Assembly: GCA_964362905.1 (NCBI GenBank) | Contig: CAYIHQ010000002.1 | Span: 46,076 to 110,075, forward strand | Reading direction: 5' to 3' | DNA length: 64,000 nucleotides | Origin: an uncultured Ignavibacteriaceae bacterium | Lineage (GTDB): Bacteria; Bacteroidota; Ignavibacteria; UBA10030 | Shown: piece after piece, positions 48,038 to 56,578 of the stretch | Position numbering within the stretch: position 1 is the stretch's first letter | How the letters are laid out: every line of letters starts with the position of its first letter | Program-made: the position numbers and the translations under genes | The notes under the pieces: generated by a model | The model's input: the letters and a program-made list of their open reading frames with translations, nothing else | The model's database searches: none | Told to the model about the DNA's origin: nothing

Positions 48038-48903
48038 TTAAACATACCTGGCACATTATAGATAATTTTTCCGCCTTGTTTTTTTACGAATATTGTCCAT
48101 TTGATATTATACCTTTTAATGACTCTTGTCAAGATTTGTTGTACAGCTTGCTTACTTATTTCTTCTATATTGGCTATATGCGCAAAATTAAAATTTGTTT
48201 GATATATCATAATTAGTATGCATCTTTGTTTATGAGTCAATTCGTCGCCGTGGTCTTTTATGAAGCTTCTCATTATAGCAAATTCACTTAATTTGGTTAA
48301 AGCTGAATAGAATTCATACTTTACTCTAGCTTGATTATTTAGGTCTAACTCTTTTGCTATGGTTAGAAAGTCTTTACTCTCATAAAGATATTTTTTAACT
48401 ACAGATTGCCTGATGTCTGATAGGCAGTCCCAAGGTACTTCTATATTATTTAAGGCAGTTGGTCTTACAGAATTATCAGTTACATATTGTTCAGCATGAT
48501 TTTCTAATGTATCTTGTAGAATCAAATCTGGTTCTTTATTTGACCCCCTATTCAAAAAATCATTGACTTGATAACAAGGGCTATTACAGATCTTAGCTAT
48601 GGAACATATATTGCAATTAGCTAGGAATAGCTCGTCATTTTGAATATTGTGTGTAATCTTGAGCTGTTCTAAATAGGGCTTTGCAGTTTTTGATAGCCAA
48701 GGTAATGGCCTACCAACACATGAGGTGGTTAAGCAAACTTTTCTTTTTGGGCACTCATCTATAGAATAACCATAAGCTTCTATAGTTTCTTGCCTAATTA
48801 TGCGCATAATATTATCTCTAATGTCTCTATGAATTAGATTATGCCATGGAGCCATAGTACAGGCAGGAAACTTATAAGTTCTTTTAAATGTCTTTTCGTC
48901 CAT
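48034..48903 (-). CDS. Cys-rich protein with C-terminal HTH-like segment (possible transcription regulator)
   Basis: Several Cys pairs in the N-terminal half. EISKQAVQQILTRVIKRY is helix-turn-helix-like. Confidence 0.3.
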   Translation of the reverse strand: MDEKTFKRTYKFPACTMAPWHNLIHRDIRDNIMRIIRQETIEAYGYSIDECPKRKVCLTTSCVGRPLPWLSKTAKPYLEQLKITHNIQNDELFLANCNICSIAKICNSPCYQVNDFLNRGSNKEPDLILQDTLENHAEQYVTDNSVRPTALNNIEVPWDCLSDIRQSVVKKYLYESKDFLTIAKELDLNNQARVKYEFYSALTKLSEFAIMRSFIKDHGDELTHKQRCILIMIYQTNFNFAHIANIEEISKQAVQQILTRVIKRYNIKWTIFVKKQGGKIIYNVPGMFK

Positions 48904-49330
48904 TTATCTCTTCCTGCAATTTCTTGGCAATTCCCATCCATTTTAAGGTGGATTGTCTTTCTTGAGTTAATTCTTCTCTTAGTCGATTGATGTCTAGTTT
49001 TGCGCAATATTCGAACCATTCAAGTGGGGGTTCTTGTGACTTTAGGTATCTATCAATCTCCTCATCAGTAGTACATCCCATCTCTTTGCTCTTGGCTACT
49101 CTAAAATATTTTTTAGCCATGGGATGATTGCTTCTATCTTTATTCAAACTCCAAGCTTCGATGATCCATTCATATTTACCGCCACGATTTTCATGTTCTT
49201 CTTCCGCTGATTTCTTAGCTTTATCCAAATTATCAAATACTCCTACGGTATAATGATGACCTTCTTCTGAACCCCATCTATTCATAACGACTACATATAC
49301 GAAGTTATAAAGTATTTTCTTAGCGTCCAT
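48884..49330 (-). CDS. hypothetical protein (148 aa)
   Basis: Operon ORF. Confidence 0.35.
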   Translation of the reverse strand: MDAKKILYNFVYVVVMNRWGSEEGHHYTVGVFDNLDKAKKSAEEEHENRGGKYEWIIEAWSLNKDRSNHPMAKKYFRVAKSKEMGCTTDEEIDRYLKSQEPPLEWFEYCAKLDINRLREELTQERQSTLKWMGIAKKLQEEINGRKDI

Positions 49331-49589
49331 ACAGAAGTTTTCCTATTTTAGTTTTTTTAATTAATCTATCTTTTTTGCGGCGTTCTAATTCTAAGTATAA
49401 AAATGGTAATATTCTTTTAGATGTTCTAGACTTAACATGTTCAATAATTTTTTTTATGTGTCTGGGTCTTAAGTTGCATATTGGTATAGTTTGTCCGTCT
49501 AAAGTAGTCCAAATTTCTCCATAGCTGTATTGTATCTCTGGATCAGCTAAAAGTCTTTTAGGATACTGTTTATACTTTTTCACAAACAT
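49320..49589 (-). CDS. small basic protein ending ...KIGKLLYGR (LYG-tail family)
   Basis: C-terminal motif. Confidence 0.35.
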   Translation of the reverse strand: MFVKKYKQYPKRLLADPEIQYSYGEIWTTLDGQTIPICNLRPRHIKKIIEHVKSRTSKRILPFLYLELERRKKDRLIKKTKIGKLLYGR

Positions 49590-50122
49590 CCCTTATACAA
49601 TATATCAAAAACTTCAGCTTTTATGTTATTTTCTTTTAAAATCAGCTTTATTAAATAGTTTTTATATTCTTGTTGTTTGGCTGCAATAGGAGCATTGGTG
49701 GCACGGGCGGAGGAGGAGTCACGGGCGGTGGAGATGGCGGCATAGTCAGTAGCATGGGCGGCAGACAAGGCGACGGTGGAGGTAGTGGTATTGACGACTG
49801 CATAGGCGGCATATGCTGTGGCATAGGCGACGGAGGAGTCACGGGCGGTTATGGAGGGGACACTGGCGGTGGCATGGGCTGCATTGGCGGCCGTCCTAAT
49901 ATCTTTTTTAGAAACTTCCTTACCCAAAAGTAAGTCTCCCAAAATTTTCAACACTTTATTTTGCTTAATATAAATTTCTTTATATTTTGCATGATCATAA
50001 TTGGCCCTAGTATCTTTTACTACAAATATAAGAAACTTATACAAAATATTTTTATTGTCGTATTCTGCCAAAATAGTTTTTATGTCAGAACTCATAAGAC
50101 TTCTAAGATTTAACTTTTTCAC
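49580..50122 (-). CDS. Ala/Tyr-repeat protein, paralog A
   Basis: Conserved N- and C-terminal modules flank a low-complexity A/Y/S/T/H core. Ends ...FDILYKGCL. Confidence 0.5.
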   Translation of the reverse strand: MKKLNLRSLMSSDIKTILAEYDNKNILYKFLIFVVKDTRANYDHAKYKEIYIKQNKVLKILGDLLLGKEVSKKDIRTAANAAHATASVPSITARDSSVAYATAYAAYAVVNTTTSTVALSAAHATDYAAISTARDSSSARATNAPIAAKQQEYKNYLIKLILKENNIKAEVFDILYKGCL

Positions 50123-50592
50123 ATATACCTCATAACTAACTGTTCATATTTTTTACGCTTAATTTTATGTGAAGTGTTATACCTACTCCAATAATTTGGC
50201 TCTTTATAGTTTTTCTTCAAATCTTTTAGAATTTGGGCAGTACAATTTATTGAATAATCAAGATCAATAAGTAATCTGTTCTTATCAAAATTATAATATT
50301 TAATAGTTTTGATATTTATTTGTCCTATAGAATAGTCATTGCTTTTGCTCAAAACATTCAATTTATATGACGATTCTTGCATTAACATAGCTGTCAGTAT
50401 TTTTGAATCAATCTTGTGAACTTTGTGTATTTTATCAATTAAACTAGATAGTTTCACGGCATAGTTTTTATCAATAGTGGGATTATTCTTAATAATTTGA
50501 TGAAAAATAGGACTTGCCTGGGGTGATGTTGTTTTAGCGAATACTTTAATGGATAGTATTAATAACATGCTGATTATTATATTTTTTTTCAT
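50119..50592 (-). CDS. lytic transglycosylase (SLT domain) with signal peptide
   Basis: Signal peptide MKKNIIISMLLILSIKVFA. LMQESSYKLN and YSIGQINIK are SLT catalytic-region motifs. Confidence 0.6.
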   Translation of the reverse strand: MKKNIIISMLLILSIKVFAKTTSPQASPIFHQIIKNNPTIDKNYAVKLSSLIDKIHKVHKIDSKILTAMLMQESSYKLNVLSKSNDYSIGQINIKTIKYYNFDKNRLLIDLDYSINCTAQILKDLKKNYKEPNYWSRYNTSHKIKRKKYEQLVMRYM

Positions 50593-51059
50593 ATGATCTT
50601 ATTTCCATATAGTATTGAGAATGCTTTGCAGTCAATTTTGTTATCCTCTAATACTAGCTTGATTAAATATTGTTTGTATTCTTGTTGTTTGGCGACATGG
50701 GCGGCAATGGTGGCGGCAATGGTGGCGGCATGGGAAGCGGAGTGGGCGGCATAGGCGGCGGAATTGGCGGCATGGGAAGCGGAGGTGGCATGGGCGGCGG
50801 CAAAGGCGGCGACAAAGGCGGCCTCAATATCTTTTTTGAGAACCACCTTACCCAAAAGCAAGTCTCCTAAGATTTCCAACACTTTATTTTGCTTAGCGTA
50901 AATTTTTTTATATTTACTGTGGGCATAATTGAGCATAGTATCTTTTACTACAAATATGAGAAATCTATATAAAATAGACTTTGAATAATATTTTTGTAAT
51001 ATACTTTTAATATCAGAATTAATTAAAGTTTTAATATTCAAAGTTTTCATTAATAACAA
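50589..51059 (-). CDS. Ala/Tyr-repeat protein, paralog B
   Basis: Same flanking modules as A. Core AAFVAAFAAAHATSASHAANSAAYAAHSASHAATIAATIAAHVA. Ends ...FSILYGNKII. Confidence 0.5.
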   Translation of the reverse strand: MLLMKTLNIKTLINSDIKSILQKYYSKSILYRFLIFVVKDTMLNYAHSKYKKIYAKQNKVLEILGDLLLGKVVLKKDIEAAFVAAFAAAHATSASHAANSAAYAAHSASHAATIAATIAAHVAKQQEYKQYLIKLVLEDNKIDCKAFSILYGNKII

Positions 51060-51649
51060 TCCTCTGGAAATCTAAGTAAGGTTATCTTAACAGTTTTAGC
51101 TCCATCTCTATATTCTTCGAATATACCGCCTCTATGAGAGAATAGTTCTTTTTCGCCGAATATTTCCTCTTCTGTTAATTTTCTTCCGAGTTTCTTTTCT
51201 ATTCGTTTAACTTGAGAAGTATCAGGTATAATAACTGAACAACTAGCTATAGGTAGAAATATTTTATTAGTAAAGCCACATCCAAAAATATCGTCAGGAT
51301 ATTTTTTGCTATATGCCCATCTATCGTATAATTCCATAAACATTGAATCAAAAGATATGTTCTTTAGATACTCCCATTGCTTTTCTTTGGGTAGTAAATC
51401 ATATTGATAAAATTCTTTTTCCCAAATAATGAGCCTATTTCCAGAACACTTCTGTAATCCGCTATCATCTAAAGTAAGTTTTGATAAACAATTAGGACAA
51501 AAAATAAAATTACTTCGAGTATTGTTTATTACTTTTTTATCTTTAGTTTTAAACTTCTGTACTATGACCTTTTGGCCACTTACTTCAGTTTCATATTCAG
51601 CTATTATGTCTTTGTTCTTTTTCTTCATCTTTTTGTAGAACCTTTCCAT
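51050..51649 (-). CDS. hypothetical protein with zinc-ribbon (CPNC ... CSGN)
   Basis: Four-Cys pattern. Confidence 0.4.
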   Translation of the reverse strand: MERFYKKMKKKNKDIIAEYETEVSGQKVIVQKFKTKDKKVINNTRSNFIFCPNCLSKLTLDDSGLQKCSGNRLIIWEKEFYQYDLLPKEKQWEYLKNISFDSMFMELYDRWAYSKKYPDDIFGCGFTNKIFLPIASCSVIIPDTSQVKRIEKKLGRKLTEEEIFGEKELFSHRGGIFEEYRDGAKTVKITLLRFPEDCY

Positions 51650-51806
51650 CTTGGATTACATAACCATTTTTGTTACAAAACCCGATGAAGCTTTCTATTA
51701 CTGCAATAACAATACCATTATCGTCTTTTCCATAATTCACCCAGTGGTTAATAGAATCAGATTTAATTTCAGAATATTGTTTATTACTAAGTTTAATTTC
51801 TTTCAT
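51597..51806 (-). CDS. small hypothetical protein (69 aa)
   Basis: ORF. Confidence 0.3.
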   Translation of the reverse strand: MKEIKLSNKQYSEIKSDSINHWVNYGKDDNGIVIAVIESFIGFCNKNGYVIQDGKVLQKDEEKEQRHNS

Positions 51807-52309
51807 ATATATAACATACCATAAGTTTTAGTATTAATTCCATTTTCTTCTAATACTAGCTTTATTAAATAGTTTTTATATTCTTGTTGTTTGGCTGCAT
51901 AGGCGGCATCGGCGGCATAGGCGGCGGCATAGACGGCATTGGCGGCATAGACGGCGGCATAGACGGCATCGGCGGCATAGACGGCGGCATAGACGGCATT
52001 GGCGGCATAGACGGCGGCATAGACGGCATTGGCGGCGGTGGTGGCGGCATAGGCGGCGGCATTGGGGGCATTGGCGGCTGTCCTAATATCTTTGCTAGAA
52101 ACTTCCTTACCCAAAAGTAAGTCTCCCAAAATTTTCAACACTTTATTTTGGGAATCATAAACTTCGCTATGGTTTTTACAGTCATAAGTGGCCCTAGTAT
52201 CTTTTACTACAAATATAAGAAATCTATACAAAATAGACTTTGAATAATGTTGCTCTAGAATATTTCCTATACCAGAATTTTGCATTTGTTTTAAATCTAT
52301 TTTTGACAT
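51803..52309 (-). CDS. Ala/Tyr-repeat protein, paralog C
   Basis: Core AVYAAVYAANAVYAAVYAADAVYAAVYAANAVYAAAYAADAAYAA. Flanks near-identical to A at the DNA level. Confidence 0.5.
   Translation of the reverse strand: MSKIDLKQMQNSGIGNILEQHYSKSILYRFLIFVVKDTRATYDCKNHSEVYDSQNKVLKILGDLLLGKEVSSKDIRTAANAPNAAAYAATTAANAVYAAVYAANAVYAAVYAADAVYAAVYAANAVYAAAYAADAAYAAKQQEYKNYLIKLVLEENGINTKTYGMLYI
51895..52075. repeat. 15/30-nt tandem repeat (ggcggcatagacggc / attggcggcatagac) coding for (AVYAAVYAA[N/D])n
   Basis: Read directly. Similar but degenerate tracts at about 49685..49900 and 50690..50830. Confidence 0.8.
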
Positions 52310-52323
52310 ATTATATTCTGGCC

Positions 52324-53787
52324 TTATCTTTTTACTCGTTTAGTAACAACAATTTTAGTTTTAGAACCGAAATTTATTGAAGAGTCTAGAGTGTGTGGCG
52401 GAGTTAAGCCCCATAAAACTTGATATTTAGGTTTTTTAATGTTTTCGTTCCAACATCCTCCATCAGTACAGTAAATTAAACCGTCAATTTCCAATTTTTC
52501 TTTTTCAATAAAATCAAACACTGGCTTAAATGCTGTTCCGCCTCGACCATGGACTTTAAATTCTTTGCGAGGGTCAAACTTATAAGGCTTATTATTAATT
52601 TGTGTATCACATTCAATTACAGTTAGATCAACTCCCATATTATGTAATCTGATCATTTCTGCATGAAATTGCCCTAATTCTTCATCCCCAACTGAGCCAG
52701 ATGTGTCAAGGGCTACAACTAATTGCAATTTAGGAAAAGTTTTATTTCCAGGGTATAAAATACCATATCGTCTATTTCTTTTCTTTCTTGTTGATTCTAT
52801 CAATATTTCAGAGCATCTAGCAGAGAATTTTTGTATATCTCCACGCCAGTCCTTTGGAACATAATTAAGTTTTTCGATAGCTGCAATAACATCACCTGGC
52901 AACTTACCCATATCTTTATCGGCTGTTTGTTCTGCTGCTTTATTGACAGCATCTTTTACCTTTTGAGTAATATCATCTTCAGTATTATCAGTTTCGTGCC
53001 AGATATTGTGGTCATCAAGAACTATATATTGTTCTGCGCCATTTTCTCCATTCTTTTCTTGTTGTTCTTTAAGAAATTCGTAGTAGTACTCCATTGTTTG
53101 TCTGTTTTCAATATTTGGGAATTTCTTTTTAAGAAGTTCGACGAATATCAAATCTGCCTCAACTGGCATACCAGCATCTTTATCGGGATTGGGGATATTG
53201 TTACCTTTTTCGTCCTTGATGTGAGTTGGTACATTAATAGTGTTACCATTATGGTCAAACATCTTGACCTTACGAGGAAGGTTGGGCAAATATTCATTTA
53301 TGGCAGCATCGGCAGCTTTATTAGTTGTACTGGCTTTTTGCATATCCATAATACGATCAAAAATTGATTTATCTACATTATCAAATACTTTAGGCTCAAT
53401 ATCTCTAAATCTAACAAAATGATTATTAATAACATGATGAGCCTCATGTTTCAAAACATCTACTCTCTGCGGCAAATTCATTGCACTAAAAAAATAAGGA
53501 TTAATATGAAGATTAACTTGATCCGTGACGCTAACTCCAAGCGTTGGCAATTTTACCGTGAATTCTCTGCGCATACCCATGATAAGATTAGCATAGAAAG
53601 GTTCAGCGAATATCAATTCCACAATAGTTTGTTCAAGCAGTTCTTCTGCCTTACCAGTAATTCTATTAAGTCTCTCTTGATCGAGAGGTTCTTGGTGTGG
53701 CTGTTTAGTAGCTTCTTTTTTAGTTTCTTTAGAGCGCATTTTAAACCTCTCATTAGTTAAAGGGTAACAGCAGCCTGTCAAACTCAC
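52324..53787 (-). CDS. vWA-domain protein with N-terminal HExxH putative metallopeptidase module (DUF2201-like partner of MoxR ATPases)
   Basis: LKHEAHHVINNH (HExxH). VVALDTSGSV fits the MIDAS DxSxS motif. Confidence 0.6.
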   Translation of the reverse strand: MSLTGCCYPLTNERFKMRSKETKKEATKQPHQEPLDQERLNRITGKAEELLEQTIVELIFAEPFYANLIMGMRREFTVKLPTLGVSVTDQVNLHINPYFFSAMNLPQRVDVLKHEAHHVINNHFVRFRDIEPKVFDNVDKSIFDRIMDMQKASTTNKAADAAINEYLPNLPRKVKMFDHNGNTINVPTHIKDEKGNNIPNPDKDAGMPVEADLIFVELLKKKFPNIENRQTMEYYYEFLKEQQEKNGENGAEQYIVLDDHNIWHETDNTEDDITQKVKDAVNKAAEQTADKDMGKLPGDVIAAIEKLNYVPKDWRGDIQKFSARCSEILIESTRKKRNRRYGILYPGNKTFPKLQLVVALDTSGSVGDEELGQFHAEMIRLHNMGVDLTVIECDTQINNKPYKFDPRKEFKVHGRGGTAFKPVFDFIEKEKLEIDGLIYCTDGGCWNENIKKPKYQVLWGLTPPHTLDSSINFGSKTKIVVTKRVKR

Positions 53788-53854
53788 AACTCTAGTATGG
53801 ACTAATTAACAATTAGGACATCAAAGCATGTGACGCTATTATATAAAAAAAGAA

Positions 53855-54952
53855 TTACAGGTCTTCGAGTTTCATGTTACGAGCATTAGCAAGAATCTTT
53901 AGTAGATCTTCGCTATTATCAATGATTTCACGAGCATTATCTTCTAGATATAGATTACGACATAAGTCGAAAGCCAAATCTTTTGGTATAGTTTTCAAGA
54001 ACTCCACAATATTAGAACTCTGTTCTTTAGTGGGCTTCTTTTTAAGTTCTTGAATCGATTCAAAGAGGCTATCACAAGTATACTTAAGCATATCTTGACG
54101 CCCTCCAGTTTTAGCATCAGAATACTTCTTAATTCTAGACGCTACTTTATCGTAACTATCAAGAATATCTTTACCGTTAATTGGCTTATCAGTGTCACTA
54201 AGTGACTTTATAAATGCCGCACTAGCCGCAGTGCCGACCAATCCAGATGTTAGTTCACGCAATAAATTGACTGGAGTCTTAATAGACATTAATCTATTAA
54301 CTGCTTCCCAAGAGCGTCTTGATGGTTTTACATCAACATCAAAAGATTCTAATTCAGTTTGTAGCAGGGTTGGCTGATCTTGTAAAAATTGGATTAATTG
54401 CGGTTCAAACTTACGAAACTTAGCATAATCAAAAAACTCTTGTTTACTTGGTGCTAGTTTAATATGACAGAAACGGTCCATTAAAGCTTTATCTGAAATA
54501 TCAGTAACAATATAATCTTCGGTATTTGGGTTCATCGCACTAATTACATAGAAATTGGATGGAAATGTTGTGGCGTGGATGCGTTTTTCTGTCAACAAAG
54601 GAAATATAACTTGTAACACATCTCTACGAGCACGATTAATTTCATCAAGAAACAGAATAGCCTTTTTGTCTGGATTAGCTAAACAAAACTCATTGATCTC
54701 TTTAGCCCAATCTGGCATCATAAATTGAGTAGATACATTATTACCGTCTTTGTCTTTCTTAAAGTCTGCTAGACCGATAATATCCCCTACTTCTTGGGTA
54801 CCCAAATTCAGGATTTTTAGAAGTGCTTTTTCTACTTTAGCATATTGACTCACGCCTTGAGTTTTGCCTATTCCATGATGTCCTACTAATAATGCTGGAA
54901 TTTCAGCCTCTATTAGATATGGTAATGCTTCTTTTAAGGTTTTAATGTTCAT
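53855..54952 (-). CDS. MoxR-type AAA+ ATPase
   Basis: Walker A LLVGHHGIGKTQ. Walker B ILFLDEINRA. About 365 aa, single AAA module. Confidence 0.7.
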   Translation of the reverse strand: MNIKTLKEALPYLIEAEIPALLVGHHGIGKTQGVSQYAKVEKALLKILNLGTQEVGDIIGLADFKKDKDGNNVSTQFMMPDWAKEINEFCLANPDKKAILFLDEINRARRDVLQVIFPLLTEKRIHATTFPSNFYVISAMNPNTEDYIVTDISDKALMDRFCHIKLAPSKQEFFDYAKFRKFEPQLIQFLQDQPTLLQTELESFDVDVKPSRRSWEAVNRLMSIKTPVNLLRELTSGLVGTAASAAFIKSLSDTDKPINGKDILDSYDKVASRIKKYSDAKTGGRQDMLKYTCDSLFESIQELKKKPTKEQSSNIVEFLKTIPKDLAFDLCRNLYLEDNAREIIDNSEDLLKILANARNMKLEDL

Positions 54953-54998
54953 TTTGCTCTCCTTCTAAGGTTTCCCTTATATTAATATGGTTAATATA

Positions 54999-55196
54999 CT
55001 AAGTCAATCTAATTTTATTAGAAATTTTTTTAAGTGTGGTAGCCAGCAAGATAACTCTTTGTAATTCTTCACTTTTATTGTTAGCTATATTCACAATAGT
55101 TTCTTTTCCTTTGCCCTTATAAACAGCTATACTGACATGTTGATTTATTTTCGTTACTTTAGGCTTATTATAGCCTTCGTATTCTTCAAATATCAT
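54999..55196 (-). CDS. small hypothetical protein (65 aa)
   Basis: ORF. Confidence 0.3.
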   Translation of the reverse strand: MIFEEYEGYNKPKVTKINQHVSIAVYKGKGKETIVNIANNKSEELQRVILLATTLKKISNKIRLT

Positions 55197-55402
55197 ACAT
55201 CTTTCTCCTGCTTATAATAATTTAGCCATACAGTATATTTGTCACAATGGGCATCGTATTTAATTATGTGTAATATATAATGTATGTCTAACATGTTAGG
55301 AGGCATGTAATCGATCAATTCAGAATCATATGTTACTTCTTTAGGACCAAAATGATACCTAATGAACTTCCTAATTTTTCTAAATATTCCGACTTTTCCC
55401 AT
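55193..55402 (-). CDS. small hypothetical protein (69 aa)
   Basis: ORF. Confidence 0.3.
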   Translation of the reverse strand: MGKVGIFRKIRKFIRYHFGPKEVTYDSELIDYMPPNMLDIHYILHIIKYDAHCDKYTVWLNYYKQEKDV

Positions 55403-55483
55403 TCAAACCTCTCACAGAATTCTATTGCATGTGTTGTGCCATAGGTAACTAGTTGGAAAGACTAGTCGAGGGATTCGAACTGT

Positions 55484-55723
55484 CTACCTTCTACTGTACA
55501 CTTGCCTGAAGTTTGTACGATTACTGCGCCTTATTAAAGAAGACTTAGGCACATAACCTTGTAGAATATTCCTTTTTATCGCTGGTAAAGCTTTCTCGGC
55601 GTCTGCCACAGTCGCATAAATGCCGCACAGGTAACCATCCCCGTCTGTTAAAATGGTCGCAACGGAGCCATCCCTAAGTGTTTTCTCTGTAATATTGAAA
55701 ATTAGTTCCCTTACTGCCGCCAT
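55484..55723 (-). CDS. small hypothetical protein (79 aa)
   Basis: ORF. Confidence 0.3.
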   Translation of the reverse strand: MAAVRELIFNITEKTLRDGSVATILTDGDGYLCGIYATVADAEKALPAIKRNILQGYVPKSSLIRRSNRTNFRQVYSRR

Positions 55724-55736
55724 AAATACTCCTCTG

Positions 55737-55976
55737 TTATTTTAAATCTTCATCTAATTGAGTTACCATTAATACTCTGGTTGTCTTAGTTTCATAAGTA
55801 TCCAGCAAAGTTTCATTAACAGTTTGCTTCACAATGTGAACAATGTTAATATCATCATTAATAACTAATGATTTAATATGTTGTCTAGCTTCTCGTAAGC
55901 TAGGGAATTTATCGATAATTTCATTGTTAACTCTTACGATATAGGTTGTTAGTATTGTTTTTACTTTTGGTGCCAT
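55737..55976 (-). CDS. small array protein (79 aa)
   Basis: First ORF of the tandem small-gene array. Confidence 0.35.
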   Translation of the reverse strand: MAPKVKTILTTYIVRVNNEIIDKFPSLREARQHIKSLVINDDINIVHIVKQTVNETLLDTYETKTTRVLMVTQLDEDLK

Positions 55977-56200
55977 AGTATCTCAAGTCCTTTACCGCAT
56001 TTACCCAAATTTACATAACTATGATCCATAAACAGCAAGAATTCGGTATGTAGTTTGCCAGTATTTACATTTTCTACTCTTATTGTAGAAAATGTTTTGT
56101 CTTCATATCCATGATGTATATATTTTATTTCATATAAAACGCAAGAATTTTTAGACTTTATTATATCTCCAATATTCCAATTATTTACTTTTTCTACCAT
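55961..56200 (-). CDS. small array protein, N-terminal IGDII, ends ...LEILWHQK
   Basis: Overlapping array ORF with a variant tail. Confidence 0.35.
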   Translation of the reverse strand: MVEKVNNWNIGDIIKSKNSCVLYEIKYIHHGYEDKTFSTIRVENVNTGKLHTEFLLFMDHSYVNLGKCGKGLEILWHQK

Positions 56201-56426
56201 ACAATACCTTGGTAGCTTTAGTATTTTTAACTTTGATACAATTATCTAATAACTTTTCTTCATAATATCTTTTATAAGATACTTCCTTGTTATTACTCAC
56301 TTCTTTTAAAGTATACAAATGCCCTTTAGGATAAGAACCTACATCATCCACAACAAAAGCTTTCTTTTCTTCTTTATGCATAAAAACATCGTTAATCTTA
56401 GCTTTAAATTTAGATTTCTTTGCCAT
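56181..56426 (-). CDS. small array protein ending ...ATKVLYGRKSK
   Basis: C-terminal motif. Confidence 0.45.
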   Translation of the reverse strand: MAKKSKFKAKINDVFMHKEEKKAFVVDDVGSYPKGHLYTLKEVSNNKEVSYKRYYEEKLLDNCIKVKNTKATKVLYGRKSK

Positions 56427-56578
56427 GTTTTTGCTCCAATTCTAGAATTAGTTCTTCGATCCATTCTAATTCTCTTTCTAATTCTTTTAATTGCCTATCG
56501 TCGGCTTCTATCATCATTGTACAAACATCGTAACGCTGCATTTCTAATTCTCGTAAAGTCACTTATTACTCCTATTAT

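Noticed and set aside
48834-49019. 61-aa ORF overlapping 48034..48903 and 48884..49330
   Set aside because: It bridges the junction of two longer ORFs in another frame and has no RBS.
49685-52075. The short periodic repeats considered as a CRISPR-like array
   Set aside because: Units are 15 nt, coding, in-frame, and lack spacer/repeat alternation. They are protein-coding tandem repeats, not CRISPR.
49651-52120. Gly-rich (+) and Pro-rich (-) ORFs at 49670..49933, 49651..49842, 50670..50870, 51865..52071 and 51884..52120
   Set aside because: They are alternative-frame and opposite-strand readings of the GC-rich 15-nt tandem repeats inside the Ala/Tyr-repeat genes. They have no RBS or start context.
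52831-53760. Plus-strand ORFs 52831..53367, 53240..53422 and 53419..53760
   Set aside because: They are antisense to the vWA/HExxH gene. They are hydrophobic AT-rich noise typical of the opposite strand of an AT-rich gene.
55455-55530. tRNA-like T-loop (minus strand GTTCGAATC) suggesting a tRNA
   Set aside because: Attempts to fold a cloverleaf fail. The T-stem pairs 3/5 and the acceptor ends are not complementary. The region also overlaps the 3' end of ORF 55484..55723. It is probably chance or a decayed remnant.
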